Shown piece by piece: positions 1-9,988 of a stretch of 64,000 nucleotides of DNA. This stretch comes from Geopsychrobacteraceae bacterium (GTDB taxonomy: Bacteria > Desulfobacterota > Desulfuromonadia > Desulfuromonadales > Geopsychrobacteraceae): NCBI GenBank assembly GCA_963676795.2, contig CAXXTB010000002.1, forward strand, positions 1,984,001 through 2,048,000, given 5' to 3'. The translations under genes and the position numbers were made by a program. The notes under the pieces are model-generated. The model made no database searches, was not told the origin of the DNA, and saw only the letters and a list, made by a program, of their open reading frames with translations. The stretch's first letter is position 1. Every line of letters starts with the position of its first letter.

Positions 1-2
1 CG

Positions 3-1376
3 ATCCTGATCTCCTTCACCTTCTCCTGGGATATCAATGCGGCGTTAGCGCTGATGGTCGGCGTCTTCATGGGAGGGGTCTACGGCGGTTCACGCTCGGC
101 GATCCTGCTCAACATCCCCGGCGCACCGGCGTCGATCTCGACCAGCTTCGACGGCTTTCCGCTGGCTCAGCGCGGTGAGGCGGGGCAGGCGATCGGCATC
201 AGCACCATCATCTCCGGGATCGGCGGCTTCATCGGCATCGCCGTTCTCGCGGCTGCCGCACCGACGGTCGCCGAGTTCGCTCTCAAGTTCGCCCCGCGCG
301 ACTACCTGCTCCTGGCCCTGATGGGGCTGCTGCTGGTCGGTTCGCTCTCCGGCGAATCGATGGCCAAGGGGATCTTCGCTGGCGCCCTGGGGGTCACCCT
401 GGGGATGGTCGGCATGGATCCGATGACCGCTGAGGGGCGCTTTACCTTCGGCACCATTTCCCTGCTCGGCGGCATCCACTTCGTCATCGCCATGATCGGC
501 CTGTTCGGCGTCGCCGAAGCGCTGTTTCAGCTGCACACCATCAAGTTGAAACCGGTCAAGCAGGATGTCAGCAAGATCGTGCCCTCCTGGAAGGTCATTC
601 TCAAGTATCTGCCGCTGTCGATCCGTACCTCGCTGATCGGTGTCATCATCGGCGCCCTGCCGGGAACCGGCGGCGATATCGCCTCGCTGATGGCCTACGA
701 TCACGCCAAGCGTACGGTCAAGAACCCGTCGCGCCCCTTTGGCGAAGGCGCCTACGAGGGGCTGATCGCCCCGGAATCGGCCAACAACGCGGCGGTTGGC
801 GGCTCCTATATCCCGATGCTGACCTTAGGGATTCCGGGCGATGCGGTCACCGCGGTGTTCATCGGTGCGCTGTTCATTCACGGCCTCAAGCCGGGACCGA
901 TGATGATGGTCGACACCCCGCACATGTTCTGGTTCATGGTCGGCAACCTGGTGCTGGCCAACATCTTCATGGTCGCCTTCGGCCTGACCGGGATCCGCAT
1001 CTTTGCCAAGCTGGTCGAGATCAAGAAAGGGATCCTCATTCCCTGCATCATCGTCCTGTCGGTGGTCGGAACCTACTCGATCAACAACAGCATGACCGAC
1101 GTCTACTGGATGCTCGCCTTCGGCATCTTCGGCTACCTGTTCAAGATGTTCGGTTATCAGGTCGCACCGATCATCCTCGGCATCATCCTGGGGCCGCTGA
1201 TGGACAGCTCCTACCGTCAGTCGATCATGTCGACCCAGAACAACTTCGGACTGTTCCTCTGGGATCTGGTCAGCAACCCGATCACCTGCGTACTGACCAT
1301 CATCGTCCTGTTCATGATTCTCAGCAACACCAGACTCTGGCCAATGATTAAAGGAGTGCTTTTCAAACAAAAGTGA
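3..1376 (+). CDS. tctA: Tripartite tricarboxylate transporter large permease (TctA family), 5' end outside window
   Basis: Very hydrophobic ORF, open from the window edge; TctA motifs GGSRSAILLNIPG, PESANNAA and LTLGIPGD. Confidence 0.9.
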   Translation: MLISFTFSWDINAALALMVGVFMGGVYGGSRSAILLNIPGAPASISTSFDGFPLAQRGEAGQAIGISTIISGIGGFIGIAVLAAAAPTVAEFALKFAPRDYLLLALMGLLLVGSLSGESMAKGIFAGALGVTLGMVGMDPMTAEGRFTFGTISLLGGIHFVIAMIGLFGVAEALFQLHTIKLKPVKQDVSKIVPSWKVILKYLPLSIRTSLIGVIIGALPGTGGDIASLMAYDHAKRTVKNPSRPFGEGAYEGLIAPESANNAAVGGSYIPMLTLGIPGDAVTAVFIGALFIHGLKPGPMMMVDTPHMFWFMVGNLVLANIFMVAFGLTGIRIFAKLVEIKKGILIPCIIVLSVVGTYSINNSMTDVYWMLAFGIFGYLFKMFGYQVAPIILGIILGPLMDSSYRQSIMSTQNNFGLFLWDLVSNPITCVLTIIVLFMILSNTRLWPMIKGVLFKQK

Positions 1377-1465
1377 TTACTCTCTGCAATACCGTGGATA
1401 GGGATTGTTGTGCACAGTCCGCCGTCCTATCTATTGAAATGGCGTATCTTTTAGTAGTATTTAGA

Positions 1466-1494
1466 TTGACACATTAGCAATAAATTCTTATTCT
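1466..1494 (+). promoter_or_regulatory. Sigma70-type promoter
   Basis: TTGACA-N17-TATTCT upstream of the aldehyde dehydrogenase gene. Confidence 0.55.
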
Positions 1495-1607
1495 AACTAT
1501 CGGAATCATTCCTTGCTGATAGGTCAACATTTAAGAAGATTCGAAATATAGATAAACTTGAGATCGGTCCCTACAGATCCAAACAAGAGGTAAAAAGGAG
1601 CTGACAC

Positions 1608-3041
1608 ATGGCAAAAGCAGCAAAAGCTTTAACTGAAGAAGAAAAACAGAAAGTTGACGAACTTTTCGTTCGCGCCCGTGCCGCGCAGGCCCAGATAGAA
1701 AATGTCGATCAGGAGACGATCGACCGTGCCGTTCGCGCTGTCGCCTGGGCCGCGGCCAACGAAAAGACCTTTACCCGTCTCGCTCAGATGGGCGTCGATG
1801 AAAGTGGCCTCGGCGACCGCGCCGGCCGCCCTTACAAGCGGGCCAAGATCATCGGCATCCTGCGTGACTGCCTGCGTCAGAAAAGTGTTGGCGTTATCGA
1901 AGAGATTCCAGAAAAAGGGATCACCAAATACGGCAAACCGGTCGGCGTTGTCGCCTGTCTGATTCCAACCACCAACCCGGCCCTGACTCCGCCAACCAAC
2001 GGCCTGTACTCCTTGAAGGCCCGTAACGCAACGATCTTCGCTCCGCATCCACGCAGCAAACAGACCACCTTCGAAACCATCGCCGTCATGCGTGCTGCAC
2101 TGAAGAAGGTCGGCTTGCCGGAAGATCTGTTCCTGTGCATCGACAAACCAAGCATCCCCTCTTCCCAGTACCTGATGAGCCAGGCGGACCTGTCGATCGC
2201 TACCGGTGGCCCGGCCATGGTCAAATCTGCTTACAGCTCCGGCAAACCGGCTTACGGTGTCGGTGCCGGCAACGCGACCATGTGTTTCGATGAAACCACG
2301 GCACAGGATGTCAAAACGGCCGCTATGAACGTGCGCCTGAGCAAAACAGCGGACTACGGTTCCGGCTGCAGCGCGGACGGCAACCTGATGATTCATGACA
2401 GCGTTTACGCTGAGATGCTCAAATGCCTGCAGGCTGAAGGCGGTTACCTGTGCAACGCCGAAGAAAAAGACAAGCTGACCAAGGTGCTGTGGGACGACGA
2501 GCTGCACCGGACCATCGATACCATCGCCTGCTCAGCCCAGTCGATCGCCGAAAAAGCCGGTTTCAGTATTCCTGAAGATCGCTGCATGCTGCTCTGTGAA
2601 GAGGACAACATCGGGCCGGAATACCCCTGGTGTAAGGAAAAGATGGCACCGATCATCGGCATCTTTAAGTACAGCGGCAGCTATGACAAAGCCATCGAGC
2701 GGCTGCAAGAGATCTACAAGGTCGGCGGCCGTGGCCATTCCTGCGGCATCTACAGCTTCAGCGACGAAAATATCCACATGCACGCCATGGCGATGCCGGT
2801 CAGCCGGGTTATGGTGCGCCAGCCTCAATCCAAGGCCAACTCCGGCTCCCTGACCAACGGTATGCCGATGACCTCAAGTATGGGCTGCGGCACCTGGGGG
2901 GGCAATATCACCAACGAGAACGTTCACCTCAAGCACTATATGAACGTCACCTGGGTCAGCCGACCGATTCCGGAGGATCGCCCGAGTGATGAAGAATTGT
3001 TCGGTGAGTTTTACAACGATCAGTCACTTGTCTTCGAATGA
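1608..3041 (+). CDS. CoA-acylating aldehyde dehydrogenase (SauS/AdhE N-domain-like)
   Basis: IPTTNP, ATGG..MVK.AYSSGKPAYGVGAGN, catalytic Cys in GSGCSAD, C-terminal MGCGTWGGN; RBS AAGGAG. Confidence 0.85.
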   Translation: MAKAAKALTEEEKQKVDELFVRARAAQAQIENVDQETIDRAVRAVAWAAANEKTFTRLAQMGVDESGLGDRAGRPYKRAKIIGILRDCLRQKSVGVIEEIPEKGITKYGKPVGVVACLIPTTNPALTPPTNGLYSLKARNATIFAPHPRSKQTTFETIAVMRAALKKVGLPEDLFLCIDKPSIPSSQYLMSQADLSIATGGPAMVKSAYSSGKPAYGVGAGNATMCFDETTAQDVKTAAMNVRLSKTADYGSGCSADGNLMIHDSVYAEMLKCLQAEGGYLCNAEEKDKLTKVLWDDELHRTIDTIACSAQSIAEKAGFSIPEDRCMLLCEEDNIGPEYPWCKEKMAPIIGIFKYSGSYDKAIERLQEIYKVGGRGHSCGIYSFSDENIHMHAMAMPVSRVMVRQPQSKANSGSLTNGMPMTSSMGCGTWGGNITNENVHLKHYMNVTWVSRPIPEDRPSDEELFGEFYNDQSLVFE

Positions 3042-3166
3042 CACAACGGGTCCCGGTTCACTCGCACGGGCCGGGGCCCGCTGAAGTAAAAGCAGAGGCA
3101 GCCATGTTTGAAATCTCTGACTATCAACTAAAGCAAGGGCAACAACCTCGAGATGGAGGTACGCCA

Positions 3167-4012
3167 ATGAAACAGGAATTTTCCCTGGCTCATCTGACCG
3201 TTCTTGAGTGTTCACCAGCCGAGATGGTCCACATTGCCGCAAAAACCGGCTATGACTATGTCAGTATCAGACTGATCCCTCTGGGGATTCCGGGTGAAAA
3301 GGCATTTCTGCCACAGGACAAACAGATGGTCAGGGAGATGAAGAACGCGCTGAACGAGACAGGTGTTCAGTTTCTCGATCTCGAACTGGCCCGTATCTTA
3401 CCGGACAATTCTCCCCGGGACTATCTGCCGGCGATGGAACTGGCCGCCGAGCTTGGCGCCAGACATGTGATTTCCAGTGCCTGGACCAATGTTCGCGATG
3501 ACAGAAATTTTGTCATCGAGCGTTACGCCGAGATCTGTGAGCTGGCCCGCCCCTTCGGCATGACCGTCGAACTTGAATTCCCGACCTTCTCCAGACTGGA
3601 GAATCTTCAGGAAGCGACAGATATCGTGCGCAGCGCCAATGCAACCAACTGCGGCATCCTCCTCGACACCCTCTACCTGCATTTCACCGGCTGTCCCGCT
3701 GAGGAGATCAGAAACATCCCCCCTGAATGGATCCACTTCCTGCATATCTGCGACACGGTTCCGGAAGTTCCGGAGACCCGTGAAGGGAAAATCCATATTG
3801 CCAGGGACGACAGGCGCTATATCGGTGAGGGCTGCATCGATTTTCAGAAAATTTTCAGCGCTGTTCCGGCTGTGCCCTTCTCGATCGAACTGCCCAATCT
3901 GGAGCAGGTCAAACGCCACGGCTATGAAGAGCATGCCAGACGCTGCATCGAGTCGGCCAGAACCTATCTCGACACACACCCGGTTCAGCCCTCACAGCGA
4001 ATAAACGCCTGA
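3167..4012 (+). CDS. Sugar-phosphate isomerase/epimerase family (xylose-isomerase-like TIM barrel), possibly a dehydratase
   Basis: Metal-ligand pattern ELEF..., LLDTLY, LHICD, RR.IGEG.ID, SIE; start moved to ATG 3167 behind GGAGG. Confidence 0.75.
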   Translation: MKQEFSLAHLTVLECSPAEMVHIAAKTGYDYVSIRLIPLGIPGEKAFLPQDKQMVREMKNALNETGVQFLDLELARILPDNSPRDYLPAMELAAELGARHVISSAWTNVRDDRNFVIERYAEICELARPFGMTVELEFPTFSRLENLQEATDIVRSANATNCGILLDTLYLHFTGCPAEEIRNIPPEWIHFLHICDTVPEVPETREGKIHIARDDRRYIGEGCIDFQKIFSAVPAVPFSIELPNLEQVKRHGYEEHARRCIESARTYLDTHPVQPSQRINA

Positions 4013-4132
4013 AAGGGAGATCTGCGGCAGAACCTGTTATAGTTTGAAGCTGAGCAGGCTGTTATCCGCTAAACGACATCAACAATAAGGCCGCATAGCA
4101 CCGGCCGCCAAGATACAGTTCAGGAGGTAAGC

Positions 4133-5881
4133 GTGAAGGACCTGGTAGCTCATCAGTTAGTCAAATATCTGGAAGACAGAGGTGTCGAATATATCTTCGG
4201 CCTCTGCGGCCATACCAATATCGCTGTTCTGTCGGCCCTGGAGAAGAGCAAGATTCATTTCGTCAATACCCGCCATGAGCAGATCGCGGCTCATGCCGCC
4301 GACGGTTACGCCCGCGCCAAGAAGACAACCTCTGTCGTCCTCAGCCACCTTGGCCCGGGGATGTCGAATGCGGCCACCGGCATCGCCAACGCTGCCCTCG
4401 ACTGTATTCCGATGGTTGTCATCATCGGCGATGTTCCATCACACTACTACGGCAAGCACCCCCATCAGGAAGTGAACCTGCATGCCGACGGCAGCCAGAG
4501 CGAAATGTACCGCCCGTTCTGCAAGCGCGTATGGAGGGTTGAAAGCCCGGAACTGTTCCCGGAAATCATCGAAAAGGCCTTCCAACTCGCTGAAAGCGGT
4601 CAGCCCGGCCCTGTCGCCGTCGATGTGCCGATGGACATCTTTTCCAAAGAGGTCGATGTCGAACGCTTCGAGCGAGTCAAAAAGAATACCCGCTCCTTGA
4701 GCAAACCGTCACTCGACGTCGAGGTTGCCAAAGAGATCGTCACCAAACTTGTCGAAGCCAAGAAACCGTTGATCTATGTCGGCGGGGGGATTGTTCTGGC
4801 CGATGCCGCGGAAGAACTGAAAGCCTTTGTCGACCACACCAGCATCCCGGTCGCCCACAGTTTGATGGGCAAAGGCGCTCTGCCCGACGATCATCCCTTC
4901 ACCCTCGGCATGAGTGGCTTCTGGGGCACTCAGTATATCAACGATTCCTGCCGGACCGCCGATTACATCCTCGGCCTCGGCACCCGCTTCAAAGAAGCTG
5001 ACTGCAGTTCCTGGTATCCGGAGTTCACCTTCGACATCCCCGGCACCTCAAAACTGATCCACATCGACATCGAAAGCAGCGAAATCGGCCGTAACTATCC
5101 GGTCGAAATCGGCGCGGTTGCCGATCTGAAGCAGGCGCTCAAGGTTCTGACCAGAGTCGCCAAAGAGCTCTATCCGGAAGGGATCAAAAAGCCTGCGTTG
5201 GCAAAAGAAATTGCCGTCTACCGAACCGAATTCAAGAGCCGGAATACCGCCATGGAACAGAGCGACAAGTACCCGATGATGCCGGAACGGATACTTGCCG
5301 ATGTCCGTGCCGTTCTGCCGCGCGATGCGATCATCACCACCGATGTCGGCTGGAACAAGAACGGTGTCGGCCAGCAATTTCCGATCTATACCCCCGGCAG
5401 CATCCAGATTCCCGGCGGCTATGCGACCATGGGCTTTGGCGCTCCGGCTGCCCTCGGTGCCAAGCTGGCCTGCCCGGACAAGGTGGTTGTCGCCCTGATC
5501 GGCGACGGTGGCTTCGGCCAGAACCCGGCGCTGCTGGCAACAGCGGCCTACGAAAATATTGCGGCGATCTGGATCGTCATGAACAACAACGCCTACGGAA
5601 CCATCGCCGGCCTGCAAAAAGCTCATTACAATACGACGCACGGGACAATTTTCCCCCAGGTCACTGACTTTGCCGCTATCGCCAAGGCCTACGGCGTTGA
5701 GGGAGTCAGTATCCAGTCGGCTGATGAATTCAAACCGGCACTGGAAAAAGCGATCGCCGCAGGCAAACCGGTGGTTATCGATGTCCGGATGATCAACAAC
5801 CCGGTGCCGACGACCGGCCACTGGAACATCCTCGACATCTACTCGCCGGGCAAAAAGGTTTCGCACGTCAGTACAGATTGA
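4133..5881 (+). CDS. Thiamine-diphosphate-dependent enzyme (acetolactate synthase/IolD/CDH superfamily)
   Basis: RHEQ catalytic Glu, GDGG...NN ThDP motif; GTG start after AGGAGG. Confidence 0.85.
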   Translation: MKDLVAHQLVKYLEDRGVEYIFGLCGHTNIAVLSALEKSKIHFVNTRHEQIAAHAADGYARAKKTTSVVLSHLGPGMSNAATGIANAALDCIPMVVIIGDVPSHYYGKHPHQEVNLHADGSQSEMYRPFCKRVWRVESPELFPEIIEKAFQLAESGQPGPVAVDVPMDIFSKEVDVERFERVKKNTRSLSKPSLDVEVAKEIVTKLVEAKKPLIYVGGGIVLADAAEELKAFVDHTSIPVAHSLMGKGALPDDHPFTLGMSGFWGTQYINDSCRTADYILGLGTRFKEADCSSWYPEFTFDIPGTSKLIHIDIESSEIGRNYPVEIGAVADLKQALKVLTRVAKELYPEGIKKPALAKEIAVYRTEFKSRNTAMEQSDKYPMMPERILADVRAVLPRDAIITTDVGWNKNGVGQQFPIYTPGSIQIPGGYATMGFGAPAALGAKLACPDKVVVALIGDGGFGQNPALLATAAYENIAAIWIVMNNNAYGTIAGLQKAHYNTTHGTIFPQVTDFAAIAKAYGVEGVSIQSADEFKPALEKAIAAGKPVVIDVRMINNPVPTTGHWNILDIYSPGKKVSHVSTD

Positions 5882-5904
5882 TTGATTCACCCCTATCATT
5901 CATC

Positions 5905-5936
5905 AAGGCCTCACGCGTGAGTGTGAGGCCTTTTTT
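5905..5936 (+). terminator. Rho-independent terminator
   Basis: AAGGCCTCACGC-GTGA-GTGTGAGGCCTT followed by a T-run. Confidence 0.85.
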
Positions 5937-6104
5937 GCCGATAGCCCAGGCATCTCAGCAGCTGCCCCCTCCCCTGGTTTCTCACCTGGAACAAATGAGA
6001 CATAGTTACTGCATCTACGTAATGTTGGTGTTATAATCACGCGAATCAAAATACAGCTGATCTCTCAGCAAAAATCTGGACCTACAAAGTATCACGGATA
6101 ATCC

Positions 6105-7055
6105 ATGTCTTCCACAACGGACAACAACAGATTGCCGGTAACGGCCTATATACTCCTGGCTTTCACCAACCTGTTCTGGAGTCTCAACTTCATTATCGGC
6201 AAACTTGTCGCCGGAGCAATTCCACCTGCGACGATCAGTTTTTTTCGCTGGCTCTTCCCGGCGATTTTCTTTCTCTGCCTCAACTGGAAACAGGTCAAGC
6301 AGGACTGGCCTCTGGTTCAACAGCATATCCCCCTGATCGGCCTGCTCGGCCTGACGGGCTATGCACTGAACTCCGTAAGTGTCTACGAAGCGGTCAGCTA
6401 TACGACAACGATCAACACTGCTTTCATCAATGCCTTCAATCCGGTCCTCATCGCCTTTGCCGGCTACCTGATGTACCGCTACCCGCTCACCCTGCGCCAA
6501 GCTCTCGGCTTTTTCCTGTCGCTGATCGGTGTTGTTACTATAATTTTCAAAGGTCAGCTGCAAAGTATCCTGGGCTTGCAGATCAACATCGGGGATCTGT
6601 TCATGGTTGGCAGTATCTCTTCCTGGGCGGTTCACACTATTTTGTACAAAAAGAAGGCCCATAAGCTCCCGGCCCGGGTCATGTTTACCATGATGATGTG
6701 CGCTGGTGTCGTTATTTCACTGCCGCTCGGATTGGCAGAAAATGTTTTTCTGACCGGCTTCGACTGGGTCGCCAGGGTCCAACCTCGCCATATTTTAGGC
6801 ATATTCGCCCTCAACATCTTTCCGTCAGTGCTGGCCTATCAGTTCTGGAATCATGCCCTGACCAAGGTCTCGGCCAATGAAGTGGCCATTTCCCAGTACC
6901 TGATTCCGGTCTTTACGACACTGATCTCGGTCTTTTTTCTCGACGAAAGACTGCGTGACTTCCACCTGATTGGTGGCGCTCTTATTTTTTTCGGGGTTTT
7001 CCTGGTCACTTCGGCCTATAAATCAACCAAACCCCGCACCACAAATCCAGGATAA
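6105..7055 (+). CDS. DMT/EamA family transporter
   Basis: About 10 hydrophobic segments, FWSLNFIIGK start, LIPVF...FLDE end. Confidence 0.85.
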   Translation: MSSTTDNNRLPVTAYILLAFTNLFWSLNFIIGKLVAGAIPPATISFFRWLFPAIFFLCLNWKQVKQDWPLVQQHIPLIGLLGLTGYALNSVSVYEAVSYTTTINTAFINAFNPVLIAFAGYLMYRYPLTLRQALGFFLSLIGVVTIIFKGQLQSILGLQINIGDLFMVGSISSWAVHTILYKKKAHKLPARVMFTMMMCAGVVISLPLGLAENVFLTGFDWVARVQPRHILGIFALNIFPSVLAYQFWNHALTKVSANEVAISQYLIPVFTTLISVFFLDERLRDFHLIGGALIFFGVFLVTSAYKSTKPRTTNPG

Positions 7056-7059
7056 CAGC

Positions 7060-7965
7060 ATGTCTGACATCATCAATAACAGTGGGCCATTGATCATGGT
7101 CTTCGTCATCGGCCACCTGCTTTACCGTATCGGGTTCCTGACCCGGGAAAATGCCGACCTGTTCCTCAAGGTCTTCTTCTACATTGCCCTGCCGGCCGTT
7201 ATTCTTCTGTCGATACCGCGAATTCCGCTGACCCACGAACTGCTCTATTTCCCGCTGTTCGCCATTATCATGTTTGTTATCAACCTGACCCTGGCGACAT
7301 TCAGCAAAGGCTTCTTCCGCCTGGAGCCGAAAACCCTGGGCGTTTTTCTCATCGGCTCAATCATTTTCAACGGTTCCTTTGCTTACCCCTTCATCCTGGT
7401 CTCCTACGGGGAAAAGGCCATGGCCTATGTCTATCTTTTTGATTTCGGCAATGCGCTCATCACCTTTTCGGTCGCCCACTTTCTCGCCTCCAGATACGGC
7501 CAATCCGATCAGGCACGCAGGATGATTTCACTGAAATTTATGAAATCTCCGCCGATGATCTGCCTGGTCATCGCAATCATTCTCAATCTGGCCGGCCTGC
7601 AAATCCCGACCTTCGGGATCAAAACCTTGAGAATTTTCAGCGATCTGCTCACCCCGCTGGTCATGTTGTCACTGGGAATCTACTTCAATCCGCGCATCGT
7701 CAAGGCAGGGCCACTGGCAACTGTCCTTGGTATCCAGTTTGTCGGCGGCCTGATCATTGGCTATCTGATCGTCTACTTTTTCGGACTCGAAGGAATCGGC
7801 CGGGCGGTTGTGCAGATCCTGGCGATCTGCCCCATTGCGATGAACACCCTGGCCTATGCATCGATGGAGAACCTGGACAAGGAATTTGCCGCCAGCGCCG
7901 TCTCCTGTTCGACCATCATCAGTATGATCCTGATTCCGACAATGATATATTTTCTACACTCGTGA
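7060..7965 (+). CDS. AEC (auxin efflux carrier) family transporter
   Basis: FYIALPA, N...YP, PLVMLSLG, CPIAMN motifs; start set at ATG 7060. Confidence 0.8.
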   Translation: MSDIINNSGPLIMVFVIGHLLYRIGFLTRENADLFLKVFFYIALPAVILLSIPRIPLTHELLYFPLFAIIMFVINLTLATFSKGFFRLEPKTLGVFLIGSIIFNGSFAYPFILVSYGEKAMAYVYLFDFGNALITFSVAHFLASRYGQSDQARRMISLKFMKSPPMICLVIAIILNLAGLQIPTFGIKTLRIFSDLLTPLVMLSLGIYFNPRIVKAGPLATVLGIQFVGGLIIGYLIVYFFGLEGIGRAVVQILAICPIAMNTLAYASMENLDKEFAASAVSCSTIISMILIPTMIYFLHS

Positions 7966-8002
7966 CAGAAGACGCCTGACAGATTGAACCAGGATTTGTG
8001 AT

Positions 8003-8929
8003 ATGCAGACATTACTGACCGTAACACCGATTTTTATTTTGATCATTCTCGGCTTTATCGCCGCGCGCATCAAACTGCTCCCGGAAGACGCCCAGGGACC
8101 ACTCAACCGCCTGGTCTATTACTTTGCCATTCCAGCCTTCCTGTTCAATGCCGTTTCAAATTTCCCGCTGGCCAAGGGGTTCAATGCCAAACTGCTGATC
8201 GCGACTCTGGGAGCCGCTTTCACCTTTTATCTGCTCGGCTGGATCCTGTGCAAACTGGGCAAGGTTTCGTTCACCAAGGCGGGTGTTTTTGTTCAGGGCA
8301 GCTGTCACGGCAACCTGGGCTATATCGGCCTGCCGGTGGCATTCTATTTTCTCGGCGAAGCGGGTCTGGCCAAGGCAGGGATCATTGCCGGTTTTCTGAT
8401 GATCCTGCAGAACATCATGTCGGTAACGATCCTGCAGTCGTTCACTGCCGAACAGGGCGGGCGAAAAAAGTTCGCCGTCGTCTTCAAGCTGATGCAGAAC
8501 CCTGTCATCATCTCCTGCATGCTCGGGATCATTGCATCCGGCCTTGAACTGCCGATCCCCGATGTCGTCAACCGGACCCTGAAGATGCTCGGCCAACTGG
8601 CACCACCGGCTGCGCTGCTGCTGATCGGTGCATCCATGTCGTTCGAGAAGCTCAAAACCCAGTTTCTGCCGATTCTCGGTGTGGTCACAACCAAGCTCGT
8701 CCTGCTCCCCTGCTACGGATTGCTACTGATCAGCTTGCTGAAACTTGAGATCAACGAAAGCCTGCCGGCAATCATTCTGCTTGGAACCCCGACAGCCACT
8801 GTCGCCTATGTTCTGGCACGCCAGATGAAAGCCGATGCAGAAATGGCGGTTGCAATCATCTCAACCTCAACCCTACTGTCGGTTGTGACCTTGCCGATCC
8901 TGCTGAGTTACCTGATACACGGATTTTGA
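8003..8929 (+). CDS. AEC family transporter
   Basis: LVYYFAIPA, GNLGYIGLP, NPVI, PTA motifs. Confidence 0.85.
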   Translation: MQTLLTVTPIFILIILGFIAARIKLLPEDAQGPLNRLVYYFAIPAFLFNAVSNFPLAKGFNAKLLIATLGAAFTFYLLGWILCKLGKVSFTKAGVFVQGSCHGNLGYIGLPVAFYFLGEAGLAKAGIIAGFLMILQNIMSVTILQSFTAEQGGRKKFAVVFKLMQNPVIISCMLGIIASGLELPIPDVVNRTLKMLGQLAPPAALLLIGASMSFEKLKTQFLPILGVVTTKLVLLPCYGLLLISLLKLEINESLPAIILLGTPTATVAYVLARQMKADAEMAVAIISTSTLLSVVTLPILLSYLIHGF

Positions 8930-9140
8930 CGGTACAACATCGGCGAGAAGAGACAATTAATACTTATCAATAGGATATTTAAACCTATCTATCCTATATG
9001 ATAGTTTTCTATTGACATCCAAATCGACCTTTTTTAAAAATGAAGCTGCTGGTTTAACGAACAAAACATGACTTGGTAAAATCTCTGATCAGCGTACAGG
9101 TATGAGAAAAAGCTTAACAATCATTTCTCAAAGGGGATTT

Positions 9141-9908
9141 ATGATGAATAGGGTTCAGGTAAAGAATGTTGTCTTTGGTGAAGGTGTTCCAAAAATCTGT
9201 GTCCCGATTGTTGCCCAGACCAAAAAGGCGATAATTGAAGAAGCAGAAAGTTTCAAGGATATCCCAGTCGACGTCGTCGAATGGCGTGCAGACTGGTTTG
9301 AAGGACTCAGGGATACCAGCAAGGTTATTGATGTGCTCAATGATTTGGTTCCGGCCCTGAATGGGGTTCCACTGCTGTTTACCATCAGAACCTCCAACGA
9401 GGGGGGCGAAATAGAAATTTCCCCGGACGATTACCAGCAGATTAACCGCGAAATTGCCGCCAGCGGACTGGTTGACCTGATCGATGTTGAAATATTTATC
9501 GGTGACACAACCGTTCGGGCTGTTATCAAAGAGGCACACGCCAATGGTGTCAAGGTTGTCGGTTCCAACCACGATTTTCATAAGACACCGGCTAAGGATG
9601 ATATCATCTATCGGCTGCGCAAGATGCAGGATATGGGGGCAGACATCCCCAAGATTGCCGTAATGCCCCAGTCGGCACTGGATGTCCTCTCTCTGCTCGA
9701 AGCAACAACTATTATGAAGGAACAGTACGCCGACCGGCCGATCATCACCATGTCGATGTCGGGAACCGGTGTCATCAGTCGTCTGGCCTGTGAAATCTTC
9801 GGATCCTGCCTGACCTTTGGCGCGGCAAAGAAAGCCTCCGCGCCCGGACAGATCGGTGTCAACGATCTGCATGGGGTACTGGAGCTGATCCATAAGAGTT
9901 CGAATTGA
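9141..9908 (+). CDS. aroD: Type I 3-dehydroquinate dehydratase
   Basis: PKICVP, EWRAD, LFTIRTSNEGG, SNHDF, DIPKIAVMP, SAPGQI; RBS AGGGG before ATG 9141. Confidence 0.95.
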   Translation: MMNRVQVKNVVFGEGVPKICVPIVAQTKKAIIEEAESFKDIPVDVVEWRADWFEGLRDTSKVIDVLNDLVPALNGVPLLFTIRTSNEGGEIEISPDDYQQINREIAASGLVDLIDVEIFIGDTTVRAVIKEAHANGVKVVGSNHDFHKTPAKDDIIYRLRKMQDMGADIPKIAVMPQSALDVLSLLEATTIMKEQYADRPIITMSMSGTGVISRLACEIFGSCLTFGAAKKASAPGQIGVNDLHGVLELIHKSSN

Positions 9909-9932
9909 TATTGCCGGTTTTATAAATCTATC

Positions 9933-9955
9933 AGGCCGGAAATTTCTTCCGGCCT
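9933..9955. terminator. Hairpin between convergent genes
   Basis: AGGCCGGAA-ATTTC-TTCCGGCCT. Confidence 0.6.
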
Positions 9956-9988
9956 TGCAATTTGCGCGTCCGACAGGACACAGCAGGC

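Noticed and set aside
4133..5881. Biosynthetic acetolactate synthase ilvB
   Set aside because: No ilvN/ilvC neighbours, GLCGH instead of GxPGG, and catabolic context
6002..6010. Second LexA box (ATAGTTACT)
   Set aside because: Half-site only; no correctly spaced GTAACT partner
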